DNA of 64,000 nt from Candidatus Dadabacteria bacterium CSP1-2 (GCA_001443445.1 LDXN01000008.1:3707-67706), one strand, 5' to 3'. Positions 19,632 to 30,252 are shown, counted from the first letter of the stretch. Notes: generated from the letters alone by a model not told the origin. Translations and numbers: made by a program.

Positions 19632-21119
19632 TCACGTATACCATCCGAGTGGGCTTTCATTGAGATTAATGGTTACTTGTTTCAACTGTGTATATTCCTC
19701 AACTGCATATCTTCCGAGCTCCCTTCCAATCCCGCTCTGTTTGTATCCCCCCCAGGGAAGCTGGTTAAAACAAGGTTGTGATGAATTAACCCAGAGAATA
19801 CCCGCTCTAAGCTCTTTTGTGATTCTAAATGCCCTGTTTATATCTCTAGTAAATACCCCCGCTGCAAGACCATACCTCGTTTGGTTTGCAAGCTCTATTG
19901 CTTCATCTTCTTCTCTAAATTTCATAACAGTAAGCACAGGGCCAAAGATTTCATCCTGAACTACCTTCATATTGTTTTTTACATTTGTAAAAATCGTAGG
20001 GGAAACATAGAACCCCTTTTTAAGTTCGCCATTTTGAAGTCGCTTTCCCCCGTAAGCGATTTCTGCCCCCTCTTTCTTCCCAAGCTCTATATAATGCATC
20101 ACCTTATTTAACTGTTTCTCAGATGCAATCGGGCCCATTTCAGTGGCTTCCTCAAGTGGGTTACCTATTTTTATCCTCTTTGCCTTTTTAGTAAGCTCCT
20201 CTACAAATCTATCATGTATTTTATCGTGGAGATAAAGTCTTGATGTTGCAGAGCAAACCTCTCCTTGATTTACAAAAATCCCAAACTGCACCCACTCGAC
20301 AGCAAGAGGGAAATCAGCATCCTCAAAAACAATCATCGGGGATTTTCCACCAAGCTCGAGTGAGATCTTCTTGACATTCCCCGCTGCGGCTATCATTAGT
20401 TGTTTTCCTACCTCTGTGCTTCCAGTAAATGCGATCTTGTCAACGTACTCATTCTTTGCAAGCTCCATTCCAGCAACCGGGCCAAGACCGTTTATTATGT
20501 TTACAACACCATCGGGAAACCCTACCTCCTTAATCAACTTCGCAAGCTCAAGTGCAGTTAGGGGTGTTATTTCTGCAGGTTTTAATACACAACAATTCCC
20601 TGTAGCAAGGGCCGGAGCCAGTTTCCATGCAGCCATAAGAAGAGGATAATTCCATGGGATAATCTGACCAACTACACCAACAGGTTCTCTGAGCACCATT
20701 GCAAAGATATTTGGGTCGGGAACAGGAACGATGTCGCCATTAATTTTGTCTGCAAGACCACCATAAAATTCAAAGCAATCTGCCGCATCACTCATATCCA
20801 TCCTTGACTCTCTTATGGGTTTCCCGGAGTTTAAGGTTTCAAGTTGAGCAAGTTCCTCAGCCTGATCTCTAATCGCACGGGCAAGGGCAAATAGTAATTT
20901 CCCGCGCTCGACTTGACTCATTTTTCTCCAAGGACCTTTATCAAATGCGCGTCTTGCAGCCATTATTGCCATTCTTGCATCTTCTTCATCAGCAAGCGGG
21001 ACAGTAGCGATCACCTCTTGGTTCGCAGGGTTTATAACATTCCAAGTCTCTCCTGTATGAGAAGAAACCCATTTGCCGTCAACAAACATCTTATATTTTT
21101 TCACAGCCATCGGGATCAC
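19632..21119 (-). CDS. NAD+-dependent aldehyde dehydrogenase (gamma-aminobutyraldehyde/betaine aldehyde DH-like)
   Basis: 495 aa. ALDH motifs ELGGKSP and catalytic Cys region (GEVCSATSR). Confidence 0.85.
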   Translation of the reverse strand: MIPMAVKKYKMFVDGKWVSSHTGETWNVINPANQEVIATVPLADEEDARMAIMAARRAFDKGPWRKMSQVERGKLLFALARAIRDQAEELAQLETLNSGKPIRESRMDMSDAADCFEFYGGLADKINGDIVPVPDPNIFAMVLREPVGVVGQIIPWNYPLLMAAWKLAPALATGNCCVLKPAEITPLTALELAKLIKEVGFPDGVVNIINGLGPVAGMELAKNEYVDKIAFTGSTEVGKQLMIAAAGNVKKISLELGGKSPMIVFEDADFPLAVEWVQFGIFVNQGEVCSATSRLYLHDKIHDRFVEELTKKAKRIKIGNPLEEATEMGPIASEKQLNKVMHYIELGKKEGAEIAYGGKRLQNGELKKGFYVSPTIFTNVKNNMKVVQDEIFGPVLTVMKFREEDEAIELANQTRYGLAAGVFTRDINRAFRITKELRAGILWVNSSQPCFNQLPWGGYKQSGIGRELGRYAVEEYTQLKQVTINLNESPLGWYT

Positions 21120-21196
21120 CCCTCCAAAAAGTTGCTACTTGCTAGTCGTTAGTCATTACTCTATACAATCATAGTTAACCGCATAACCTTCCATCA

Positions 21197-21300
21197 TTGT
21201 CATTGCGGGCGTTAGCGAAGCAATCTCAAAAACAATCAAGAGATTGCTTCGGGACGGAGCCTGCACCGAGTGTATGCGAAGTGTCCCTCGCAATGACAGG
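21197..21300. mobile_element. MITE-like element, family B (terminal inverted repeat TGTCATTGCG(R)GG; subterminal GCGAAGCAATC / GATTGCTTCG)
   Basis: Inverted termini cattgtcattgcgggcg ... ccctcgcaatgacagg. Non-coding. Sister copies at 39680-39851 and 59962-60100. Confidence 0.7.
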
Positions 21301-21420
21301 TAAGGAAACTCGCTTCTTATTAGTAACAACAAATTATGAATTTTTTGTAACATACTATAACCTTTTGAGAAAAGACCAACGACTTCATAAAAAGATTATA
21401 ACAATTTCTCATACTTACTT

Positions 21421-22785
21421 CTAGGCTTTCTTTTTAGAGGAATATCCCTTATTAACTGCTCGAACTGCTTTTTCTAAAATATCTAAGCCTCTCAGAAGTA
21501 AACCCTCATCTATTATTAGAGGAACAAGAAGCCTCACAACGTTATCGTAAACGCCTGCCTTCATTATCACTAATCCATTTTTGTAGCATTGTTTAATTAC
21601 CTCTGCAGCCTCTTCCTTAGCAGGCTCCTTTGTAACTCTATCCTTAACGAGCTCAATCGCAGCCATAGCCCCTAACCCCCTAGCGTCTCCTATTATATAA
21701 TATTTCTCATGCATATTTTTGAGCCTTTCGTTTATTAATTCACCAACCCTACGGGCATGCTCCATAAATCCCTCCTCCTGCATTATTTCAATTACTTTTA
21801 AAGAGGCAACACAAGATAGCGGATTTCCTCCGAATGTTCCACCCAGCGATCCAACTTCTGGTGCATTCATAATCTCTGCCTTTCCCGTTACCGCTCCAAG
21901 GGGAAGCCCCGCGGCTATTGATTTTCCCATAACCATTATGTCAGGTTCCAAGTTGTAATGATTAACTGCAAACATCTCACCGGTTCTCCCAAATCCTGTT
22001 TGCACCTCATCCACGATAAATACGATTCCGTTCTCCTTACAAATCCTAGCTATTCCGGGAAGAAACTCAGGCGGCGGAACTATGAATCCGCCTTCGCCAG
22101 TAACGGGCTCGACAATAACGGCAGCAACCTCCTCAGGATCTACATGGGTTTTAAAAAAGCTTTTAAAATGGTCAAGACACGCAACCGCGCAATTCGAATA
22201 ATCAGATCCGAACGGACAACGGTATGGGTAAGCATAAGGCATACGGTATACTTCAGGTGCAAAGGGACCAAATCCCAGTTTGTAGTATCTTAATTTGCTT
22301 GTGAGGGTCATGGTTAGGAGAGTTCTTCCATGAAACGCATGCTCGAAGGTTATAACCGATTTTCTTTTCGTAAAGTATCTTGATACCTTGATGGCGTTTT
22401 CCACAGCCTCAGCTCCACTGTTTACAAGAATGGTCTTTTTAGGGAAATTTCCAGGGGTAATCTCAGCGAGTTTCTCAGCAAGCCTAACATAAGGCTCGTA
22501 CATAAACACATGAAAACAAGTATGAAGATATTTTTCTATCTGCACCCTTAGAGCTTCGGTTATTTCCTTTCTTGAGTGTCCAACATTAACAGTTGCAAGA
22601 CCACTTGCAAAATCTATAAAGGTGTTTCCATCTATATCAGTAATTAGTGAATCTTTAGCCTTTTCAATAAATGCCGGTACGGTATTAAACACCCCTCTTG
22701 GTACATATTTTTCTCTGAGTTCAATCATTCCTTTTGATTTTGGTCCTGGAATCTCTGTTTTTAGATTTTCACTTGTTTTTTTCAT
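21421..22785 (-). CDS. class III PLP aminotransferase (putrescine/GABA aminotransferase-like)
   Basis: 454 aa. Class III fold with PLP Lys region (VMGKSIAAG) and DEVQTGFGRTG. Confidence 0.85.
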   Translation of the reverse strand: MKKTSENLKTEIPGPKSKGMIELREKYVPRGVFNTVPAFIEKAKDSLITDIDGNTFIDFASGLATVNVGHSRKEITEALRVQIEKYLHTCFHVFMYEPYVRLAEKLAEITPGNFPKKTILVNSGAEAVENAIKVSRYFTKRKSVITFEHAFHGRTLLTMTLTSKLRYYKLGFGPFAPEVYRMPYAYPYRCPFGSDYSNCAVACLDHFKSFFKTHVDPEEVAAVIVEPVTGEGGFIVPPPEFLPGIARICKENGIVFIVDEVQTGFGRTGEMFAVNHYNLEPDIMVMGKSIAAGLPLGAVTGKAEIMNAPEVGSLGGTFGGNPLSCVASLKVIEIMQEEGFMEHARRVGELINERLKNMHEKYYIIGDARGLGAMAAIELVKDRVTKEPAKEEAAEVIKQCYKNGLVIMKAGVYDNVVRLLVPLIIDEGLLLRGLDILEKAVRAVNKGYSSKKKA

Positions 22786-23074
22786 TTCTTAAGCTCTTGA
22801 ATAACAGGAACTAGATTTGATATTTTTGATATTATAGTATGCTGCAATAAAAAACAATAATTTTATTGTCATCAAAAGAAAATAGCCTTCTGCCCACCCT
22901 ATGAAGAATGAAGTTCTGAGGCGACCTGGCACGACATGACATTCAGTACAAAGTGAGTAATCACAAATTGACAGCTTCACATTACCCTAAAAACTAGAAT
23001 AACAAGATACATATTGGGGGGCAATTACTGTGCCGTGAAAGGTTTCAAACGGAACTAACGAAATCATTAGAAAA

Positions 23075-24277
23075 CTAAATTGCCATTGCGTCAACCTTTC
23101 TCTTCTTTGTACCGCCTAGCCTAGCAAATTCCATGTGGTCAAGAAACTTTAAAAGCTTTACTTGAACATTTTGTGGAAGCTCCCCTATCTCATCCAAAAA
23201 AAGGGTTCCACCATTTGCGAGCTCAACCAATCCTGGCTTACCTTCAGGCTTTGCCCCCGTAAATGCACCCTTTTCGTAACCGAATAGCTCAGCTTCAATA
23301 AGGGTCTCCGGTATTGCACTACAATCTATATCAATAAACGCCTTATCCTTGCGCTGGCTCCCCTCATGGATTATCTTTGCAAAGAGTTCCTTACCAACCC
23401 CTGATTCGCCGAGTATAAGAACCGTTGAATTAAACCTCGCAACCTTGAGCGCTGTCTCAAGGGCATTTAGCAACTTTTTACTCTTAGCTACGATATCTAT
23501 AGTTTTAATCTCCCTCATTTCCCTCTCGCTTTCTTTTATTCTCTCCTTGAGTTCTTCTAAAAGCGTGACATCCCTTTCACTGGTCACAACGTATATGATT
23601 TCCCCATTACCATCAAACACAGGATTTCCAGTAATAAGTAATTTCCTTCCACTTCTAACGCTCTGAATAAAACTCACCGGTACTCTCTTGCGAAGTACTT
23701 CTATCGTGACAGATGTATCAAAGAAGCCCTCTTCCACAAGTTCTCTCACATTTCTTCCAATTACATCCTTTTCCTTAAGGTCGTTAAGCCTCAACGAAGC
23801 CTTGTTTACCTTAATTACGTTTCCATCTCCATCAGTAATAAAAAGTCCGTCATAGCAGGACTCAATTATCGCTTCCATCCGAAGATTTAGTTTTTTTACT
23901 GAATGTAGCTCGTCTGATATTCTATCAATCTCACTAATTTCTTGAAAAACGCTGACTGCACCGATTATCTTTCCATCGACTTTTATAGGACTAATGTTTG
24001 CAACAAGTGTAACAATCTTGCCTCGAAGAACTTTACCGCTAACACCTACTCCGCTTTGGATTACGTCGAGAAGCCCACTTCCTGTATTTGGAAGGACATC
24101 CAACACAAATCGATTAATCGCCTTTTCCGTAGGTATTTGGAATATGTTCTCAGCCGCTTTATTGAAGAACATAATCTCCCCCTTCGAATTAACTATAACT
24201 ACACCGTTTGGAATAACGCTCGCTATTTCTTTAAATAACTTTGTATCTTTAATAGGAAAGCTCACACGCTTTTTCAT
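23075..24277 (-). CDS. PAS-PAS sigma-54 activator, truncated in the middle of the AAA+ domain (probable pseudogene)
   Basis: Two PAS-like segments, Walker A GESGVGKE, GAFTGA loop and Walker B LFLDEIGEL, then a stop. The arginine-finger, sensor II and HTH regions present in the neighbouring paralogue are absent. Confidence 0.6.
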   Translation of the reverse strand: MKKRVSFPIKDTKLFKEIASVIPNGVVIVNSKGEIMFFNKAAENIFQIPTEKAINRFVLDVLPNTGSGLLDVIQSGVGVSGKVLRGKIVTLVANISPIKVDGKIIGAVSVFQEISEIDRISDELHSVKKLNLRMEAIIESCYDGLFITDGDGNVIKVNKASLRLNDLKEKDVIGRNVRELVEEGFFDTSVTIEVLRKRVPVSFIQSVRSGRKLLITGNPVFDGNGEIIYVVTSERDVTLLEELKERIKESEREMREIKTIDIVAKSKKLLNALETALKVARFNSTVLILGESGVGKELFAKIIHEGSQRKDKAFIDIDCSAIPETLIEAELFGYEKGAFTGAKPEGKPGLVELANGGTLFLDEIGELPQNVQVKLLKFLDHMEFARLGGTKKRKVDAMAI

Positions 24278-24297
24278 AGTACTAGCTTTTGTTCCTT

Positions 24298-25752
24298 TTA
24301 CTCCTCCTTGAAAGTGTCCTTTCTTATTCCAAACTCCTTGAGTCTTAACTCAAGTATTCTTCTTGTCGTTCCGAGTAGATCAGCTAATTCGGTGTTAGAG
24401 AGATTTGGATGCTCTTTAACCGCCTTTTCAATTAGCTTGTGATCTAATTCGGTGGTAAGGGACTGGATTAATTCATGTATCATCTCCCAGCTACCTTTTA
24501 AGGGTAGATCCTCTACCCCTAAAAACAACCGAAATACCTTCCATAGACCATGAAAAAAGATCTCTTCCCCTATTTCCGAGGGACTTTCATGAGAGCCTTT
24601 TATCTGAAGATCCCGTGCTTCTATCCTATCACCCTGAGCTTCAATTAACGCACGCTCGATCATATTTTCTAGTTCTCTAACGTTCCCCGGGTAATCATGC
24701 TCCATAAGAATATGCCACGCCTCAGAAGAAAGCTCTGTGATCTGCCTTTCTAACTTTTTCCCCTTATTTTCAAGGAAATGTGCAACAAGAATGGGAATAT
24801 CGTCCTTTCTTTCTCTAAGCAGAGGAAGCTCTATAGTGATAACACTGAGTCTGTAGTATAAATCCTTCCTAAAGCTTTCGTCATCTAAGGCCTTTCTAAT
24901 ATCTCTATTTGTAGCTGCAATTATTCTTACGTCAACCTTTATTGGAGTTCCTCCCCCCACCCTTTCAAATTCCCTCTCCTGGAGGAATCTGAGAATCTTT
25001 GTTTGGAGCCACGGGCTCATATCGCCTATTTCATCGAGGAAAAGTGTCCCTCCATGTGCACGTTCAAATTTTCCTACCTGAGTTCTAAGCGCACCCGTGA
25101 AAGCCCCCTTCTCATATCCAAAGAGCTCACTCTCAAGAAGAGTTTCAGGGAGTGCAGCGCAATTTATAGCGACAAAAGGCCCCTTCCTTCTTTTACCTGA
25201 CTCATGTATTTCTCTAGCTACAAGCTCTTTACCTGTTCCGCTCTCTCCCAGGATAAGTACTGTTGAATCCGTATTAGCAGCCTTCTCTATAGCAGAAAAT
25301 ACCTCCTCCATCTTTGGGCTCTTGCCGATAATAGTATTGTATCCATGAGGGCTGCGCTTAACACTACGAACCTCATGAGAGATTTTTCTCCCCTCGATCG
25401 CCCTTTCAACTACTGAAAGAAACTCCTCATTTCCAAACGGCTTGATGAGATATTCAAAGGCTCCGCCTTTCATCGCTTCAATTGCCGACTTTACACTTGA
25501 ATATGCGGTCATAATAATGACTGGCATATCTGGGTGTGTGTACTTTACCCTTTTTAAGAGCTCTAGTCCGTTCATCCCTGGCATTGATAGGTCAACAACC
25601 ATCAAATCGGTGTCATGCCCTGTTATATATTTAAGTGCTAGATCACCGCTTAAGGCAAATGACACATCGTATTTTCCCTCACCCGAAAGAAGTATCTGAA
25701 GGGATCGGCACATTCTGGTTTCGTCATCTACGATTAAAATTTGTGGCTTCAT
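24298..25752 (-). CDS. sigma-54-dependent response regulator (NtrC family)
   Basis: Receiver domain (DDE...D-LSMPGMNG), AAA+ ([23 protein letters not shown]-finger region) and a C-terminal Fis-type HTH. Confidence 0.9.
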   Translation of the reverse strand: MKPQILIVDDETRMCRSLQILLSGEGKYDVSFALSGDLALKYITGHDTDLMVVDLSMPGMNGLELLKRVKYTHPDMPVIIMTAYSSVKSAIEAMKGGAFEYLIKPFGNEEFLSVVERAIEGRKISHEVRSVKRSPHGYNTIIGKSPKMEEVFSAIEKAANTDSTVLILGESGTGKELVAREIHESGKRRKGPFVAINCAALPETLLESELFGYEKGAFTGALRTQVGKFERAHGGTLFLDEIGDMSPWLQTKILRFLQEREFERVGGGTPIKVDVRIIAATNRDIRKALDDESFRKDLYYRLSVITIELPLLRERKDDIPILVAHFLENKGKKLERQITELSSEAWHILMEHDYPGNVRELENMIERALIEAQGDRIEARDLQIKGSHESPSEIGEEIFFHGLWKVFRLFLGVEDLPLKGSWEMIHELIQSLTTELDHKLIEKAVKEHPNLSNTELADLLGTTRRILELRLKEFGIRKDTFKEE

Positions 25753-25848
25753 CTCTATTTTATTCCCATTTCTCCCGCAGTGTGGGAGAAATACTGCTTT
25801 TTATATTATCACATCGATTTTTGCTGATGAAGGGCTCTCCACTTTTCT

Positions 25849-27009
25849 CTAAACCGAATATTTCCTTCCCTTCCACTCAATCTCCCTACTAATTTTACCC
25901 CTATATGCTGAGAGTAAAAACAAAATAGTAGAAACCCCTATACCTATAGGGTAAAAAAATGCTGAGGCATTTGGATATTTCAATTCGTCGAATCTCCTCA
26001 ACTTTGTGACAACCATAAGAGACACTAGACATAAAGTTGCAATCAAAAATAAACCACTTGTAAATCCTGGCTCTATGAAAGTCAAAAGCAATGAATAAAG
26101 AAATAGAATAAAGGGGAGTAAAGAAAAAAATATAAGGCGAAGAACTATCTTGAAAAGAGTTTTAAAGTCATAACCAAGCAGGGTAAAAAGGTTTTTTGTC
26201 CAACCCTGAACTATTTCCCTTAAAGATTTATACATCCTGCAGCGAACTATTTCCCTACCGTAGGAGAAGTAGATTTTGAACCCTTTTTTCTTAACGTTTT
26301 CCGCTAAACTAACATCTTCTAGTATTTTATCTCTTATCGTTTCATGCCCCCCTGCATCTTCATAAACACTTCTTTGAATCAAAATGAACTGCCCATTCGC
26401 TGCAGCAGCATCCGCATTAGGACTATTAATCCAATTGTAATTGTATCTATAGCTCAAGAACTCATAAATAACAGGCTGTACAGCAGATTCCCAGAATCCA
26501 CGAAGCACCTGCTCAGGGCTAAAAGAAACCATATTTATGTTGTTTGATAAACTAAAGCTTAGCACCTTTGATATCGCATCAGGGTAGAGTTCTGTATCAG
26601 CATCGAGAAAAAGAAGCCATTCTCCACCGGCCTCTTTCATACCGAGGTGAATAGCATAGTTTTTTCCTATCCAACCCTCTGGTAGGTTGCCATTTTTAAT
26701 TAACTTTAATTTCGCATTATTTTTTTGCATATCCTCTACCGCTCGATAAGTGCCATCTTTTGATCCATCATCTATGACGATAATTTCTAGCTCATTGTAG
26801 TTCTGTCTAATTACTGATGTCAGGCACGTAGATATGTTTTCCATCTCATTTCTAGCCGGGATAATGACGGATACCAAGGGGGAGTTAATTACGCCAGTGA
26901 TCTGTATATTAGATTGAATATGATCATAGGAATGATCTCTATTTTTTACAAACTCTCTGATCCAGAAAAGATATATAAAAAAAAGAAAAATATATTCTAT
27001 GAACATCAA
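25849..27009 (-). CDS. family 2 glycosyltransferase, membrane-anchored
   Basis: VSVIIPARNE...IIVIDDGSKDGT, DXD motif (LFLDAD), and C-terminal TM helices. Confidence 0.8.
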   Translation of the reverse strand: MMFIEYIFLFFIYLFWIREFVKNRDHSYDHIQSNIQITGVINSPLVSVIIPARNEMENISTCLTSVIRQNYNELEIIVIDDGSKDGTYRAVEDMQKNNAKLKLIKNGNLPEGWIGKNYAIHLGMKEAGGEWLLFLDADTELYPDAISKVLSFSLSNNINMVSFSPEQVLRGFWESAVQPVIYEFLSYRYNYNWINSPNADAAAANGQFILIQRSVYEDAGGHETIRDKILEDVSLAENVKKKGFKIYFSYGREIVRCRMYKSLREIVQGWTKNLFTLLGYDFKTLFKIVLRLIFFSLLPFILFLYSLLLTFIEPGFTSGLFLIATLCLVSLMVVTKLRRFDELKYPNASAFFYPIGIGVSTILFLLSAYRGKISREIEWKGRKYSV

Positions 27010-27163
27010 AACTTGAATTTACAATACTATAGTCTTATTTACAATATAAAATATAAAGACTAGATTCGATCACTATAAGTCTCCCATGCTAATATCTTAT
27101 GCTAATATTTGACAAAGGTAAGTTATTCACCTATATTTTGTAGTTTATTACATAAAAGAGTTG

Positions 27164-27236
27164 GGCCCATAGCTCAGCTGGTAGAGCTCCCGGCTCATAA
27201 CCGGAGGGTCCCTGGTTCGAACCCAGGTGGGCCCAC
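27164..27236 (+). tRNA. tRNA-Met (anticodon CAT); an elongator or a tRNA-Ile2 (lysidine) type cannot be excluded
   Basis: Cloverleaf read by eye: acceptor GGGCCCA/TGGGCCC, D-stem GCTC/GAGC, anticodon loop CTCATAA, T-arm CCTGG-TTCGAAC-CCAGG. G1-C72 is paired, so it is not an initiator. CCA is not encoded. Confidence 0.85.
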
Positions 27237-27371
27237 GCGTAATAGATATGGATTCCTAGATGGTCAAGGACGGTTACCTGAATAAATTTTATGTCTTTTC
27301 ATCGTATATACTTTCCCGAATAAAATCATTCCAAGTTTTTACAAACACAACAGCAAAACAAGGAGGTAAAT

Positions 27372-28100
27372 ATGAGGAGTCAGATTACAGCCCTTGAGGC
27401 GCTTCAGCAGCTTGATATAGAACTTAGGGAGTTGGAAGATGATCTAGAAAGATACCCTCAAGAAATATCACGATACAAAGAAGAAACAGAAAACACTAAA
27501 CAATCCCTGGCTAAAGCAAAAGAAGAACTCAACCAAACAAGAAAAAGGAAGATGGAAAGTGAGTCAAAGCTATCCGGAAATAAAGATAAAATAAAAAAGG
27601 CTGAGGTAAAGCTTTTTGAGATAAAAACATATAGGGAGTATGAAGCTTTACAAAAAGAGATTGGAGATGTTAAAAAGGCTAACGCAGATCTCGAGGAGGA
27701 TATATTAAAAGAAATGGAGACACTTGAGGGGTTAGAGACAGAGGTTAAAGAAAAGGAGAACACTCTGAATGAGAAAGAAAAGGAGTATGACAAGATAATA
27801 GACATCTATAATCGAAAAATTAGTGAGATAACAAAGGCCTATGAAATTAAGAAGCAGGAAAAGAAGAAAATGGTTTCACTTATTAACCCAGAAATACATA
27901 CACTTTACGAGAGAATAAGAAGAAGAAATGGCGTTGTAATTGTACAAGCAAGAAATGAGTTATGTACAGGATGTAATATGAACATCCCCCCACAGCTTTT
28001 TAACGAAGTCCTTACCAGTAAAAGGATGATCCAGTGCCCGAACTGTCAAAGAATTCTCTACTGTGAAGAAACAACCGAAGGTGAGGTACAAACAGCATAG
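27372..28100 (+). CDS. coiled-coil C4 zinc-ribbon protein (COG1579-like)
   Basis: Long coiled coil plus C-terminal CTGC...CPNC zinc ribbon. This family is commonly found next to rnhA. Confidence 0.65.
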   Translation: MRSQITALEALQQLDIELRELEDDLERYPQEISRYKEETENTKQSLAKAKEELNQTRKRKMESESKLSGNKDKIKKAEVKLFEIKTYREYEALQKEIGDVKKANADLEEDILKEMETLEGLETEVKEKENTLNEKEKEYDKIIDIYNRKISEITKAYEIKKQEKKKMVSLINPEIHTLYERIRRRNGVVIVQARNELCTGCNMNIPPQLFNEVLTSKRMIQCPNCQRILYCEETTEGEVQTA

Positions 28101-28521
28101 AGTGTCTTCCACTACCTTGAACTCGTCTCTTGAAATCTATATTGACGGTGCTTCGAGAGGAAACCCAGGCAAGTCAGGTGCGGGGATATTAATAAAAGAG
28201 ACGAACGGAAGCATCCATAAGATAAAGAGAAAACTTGGGATTCGTACAAATAACCAAGCTGAATACGAGGCATTAATAAATGCCCTCAAGGCAGCAAAAG
28301 GACTTAAAAAAACCCACCTAAAAATCTATTCAGATTCACTTTTACTAGTCAGTCAGATAAACGGAAACTGGCGGATCCGTAATCCTAATATTTTAGCACT
28401 TTCCAAAAAAGCCAGAAGCCTAATTAAGGGATTTAAACACGTAGAGATTCATCACATTCCAAGGGAATTAAACAGAGAAGCAGACAGACTTGCAAACGCA
28501 GCAATAGATGAATATCCTTAA
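28063..28521 (+). CDS. rnhA: ribonuclease HI
   Basis: RNase H motifs: IYIDGASRGNPG (Asp1), NNQAEYEAL (Glu), IYSDS (Asp), EADRLAN (Asp). The start is uncertain: GTG 28063, GTG 28099 or TTG 28114. Confidence 0.85.
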   Translation: MKKQPKVRYKQHRVSSTTLNSSLEIYIDGASRGNPGKSGAGILIKETNGSIHKIKRKLGIRTNNQAEYEALINALKAAKGLKKTHLKIYSDSLLLVSQINGNWRIRNPNILALSKKARSLIKGFKHVEIHHIPRELNREADRLANAAIDEYP

Positions 28522-28527
28522 ATACTA

Positions 28528-28933
28528 GGACGAGTGAACTGGGCGATCGCTGGGTTTTCCAATTTGGATAACCCAGAGGAAAGTCCGAACTCCATAGGGT
28601 AGAGTGCTGGGTAATACCCAGGTGTCGTAAGACAACGGAGAGTGCAACAGAAAACAAACCGCCTATGTTTTTCTATCCTCTATTAGAATTAGAAAAACAG
28701 GCAAGGGTGAAAAGGCAGTGTAAGAGACTACCGCGCAGAATGGTGACATTTTGCGGCTTGTAAACCCCACTCGGAGAAAGACCAAATAGGGAAGTAGCTG
28801 TTTTCTTTTTAAAGAGAACAGGCAGGTAGCCCGCCTGATGCTTCCGGGTAGGTCGCATGAGGCATCCAGAAATGGATGTCCTAGATGAATGATCGTCCAA
28901 GACAGAATTCGGCTTATAGGTTCGCTCGTCTCT
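28528..28933 (+). ncRNA. rnpB: RNase P RNA (bacterial type A)
   Basis: Conserved blocks GAGGAAAGTCCGAACTCCATAGGGTAG, GGGTGAAAAGGCAGTGTAAGAG and GACAGAATTCGGCTTATAGG. P4 covaries (AGTCCGAA / TTCGGCTT). The P1 helix pairs GGACGAGTGAAC with GTTCGCTCGTC. Confidence 0.85.
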
Positions 28934-28998
28934 TTAAATACGTGGTTCGGGGTTCGATGCTCTTGGTTTAAATACGATACACTAGTCACGATCCACGA

Positions 28999-30252
28999 CT
29001 AGCTGAATCTAACTTTAACAAACTCCCGCTTTCCGATTTTTACCTTTAGGAGTTCTTTATAGGGCAACAAGGCCTTTGGATCGGCGATCTTTTGTCCATC
29101 TACTATAACTCCGCCCTGCTCTATTAACCTCTTTGCCTCCCCTCGACTTTTGACCCTATCAGAAGAAAGGAGAACTAGGTCCAAAATAGTTGTGCCATTT
29201 GTTCTCACAAGCGTTATCTCTTTTGCATCTTCTGGAAACTGCCTATCAGAAAACTTAATCTCGAAATCCCTTTGAGCCTGAGCAGCACTTTCATTTCCAT
29301 GAAACCAAGAGACTAGCTCGGAAGAAAGAGCCTTCTTAGCGTCCATAGGATGCCACTCAACTCTCATCTTGCCGATTTCCTCCTGAGGCCTCTTGCTGAG
29401 AAGTTCGTAATACTTCCACATTAGCCGGTCTGATATAGACATAACCTTCCCGTATATCTCGTCTGGAGTGTCTTCTATCGCTATATAGTTCCCGAGGGAT
29501 TTAGACATCTTCTGAACACCATCAAGACCTTCTAGGATAGGAACTAAGATAGCCACTTGTGGTTCTTGTTTGAAATACCTCTGAACGTCTCGGCCAAGAA
29601 GAATGTTGAATTTCTGGTCTGTCCCTCCGAATTCAACATCCGCTCTGATGTTAGCTGAATCATAGCCCTGTATCAGAGGGTAAAGGAATTCCCTAAGTGT
29701 AATAGCAGCGCCAGATGTGTAACGTTTATGAAAGTCATCTCGTTCAAGCATTCTGGCTACATTCTCAAGTGATGCTAGTTCCAATATTTCTTGAGCGTTC
29801 ATTTTCTCAAGCCAGATGGAGTTAAAGACAACCTCAGTTTTATCTTCTCTTAGGATTTTAAAAACCTGCCTTTCGTAAGTTTTGCCGTTTTGAGCAACCT
29901 CTTCTTTAGTCAAAGGGGGTCTAGTCTCTGTCTTTCCAGAAGGATCGCCAATCATTGCAGTAAAATCTCCAATTAGAAAAACCACCGTATGCCCCAAGTC
30001 CTGAAAGTCTCTAAGTTTTTTGATAAGGACGCAGTGCCCTAGATGGAGATCCGGTGCAGTCGGGTCGAATCCAGCTTTTATTCTAAGGGGTTTATTTGTC
30101 TCTAGAGATTTCTTTAACTTTAAAAGTAGTTCTTCTTCAGAGATTATCTCTGCGGTTCCTCTTTTGATGATTTCAAGCTGTTTTTCGGGACTAATCTTTG
30201 TCATAATTAGAAATCCTTTTCCTAAATTCGATTTAAAATATAGTATATTCAA
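28999..30252 (-). CDS. tyrS: tyrosine--tRNA ligase
   Basis: HIGH-type motif PDLHLGH, KMSKS, and a C-terminal S4 domain. The probable true start is the internal MTKISPEK (near 30204). Confidence 0.9.
   Translation of the reverse strand: MNILYFKSNLGKGFLIMTKISPEKQLEIIKRGTAEIISEEELLLKLKKSLETNKPLRIKAGFDPTAPDLHLGHCVLIKKLRDFQDLGHTVVFLIGDFTAMIGDPSGKTETRPPLTKEEVAQNGKTYERQVFKILREDKTEVVFNSIWLEKMNAQEILELASLENVARMLERDDFHKRYTSGAAITLREFLYPLIQGYDSANIRADVEFGGTDQKFNILLGRDVQRYFKQEPQVAILVPILEGLDGVQKMSKSLGNYIAIEDTPDEIYGKVMSISDRLMWKYYELLSKRPQEEIGKMRVEWHPMDAKKALSSELVSWFHGNESAAQAQRDFEIKFSDRQFPEDAKEITLVRTNGTTILDLVLLSSDRVKSRGEAKRLIEQGGVIVDGQKIADPKALLPYKELLKVKIGKREFVKVRFS

Noticed and set aside
19572-19959. Plus-strand ORFs of 69 and 115 aa at the potA to aldehyde dehydrogenase junction
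   Set aside because: They overlap the 3-prime end of the aldehyde dehydrogenase antisense. Low-complexity.
22922-22940. TGGCACGACATGACAT, read as a sigma-54 -24/-12 promoter
   Set aside because: The -12 GC is missing at the correct spacing and the orientation points away from the genes.
22789-22980. 63-aa ORF downstream of the truncated sigma-54 activator
   Set aside because: Cys-rich, low-complexity, no RBS. It was also checked as the missing C-terminal half of the activator and shows no AAA+ or HTH similarity.
27164-27236. Initiator tRNA-fMet
   Set aside because: The 1:72 position is a G-C pair and the anticodon stem lacks the three consecutive G-C pairs typical of initiators, so an elongator or Ile2 type is more likely.
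28433-28989. Three minus-strand ORFs (74, 108 and 75 aa) after rnhA
   Set aside because: They lie antisense to the RNase P RNA gene. Their translations are low-complexity and show no motif.
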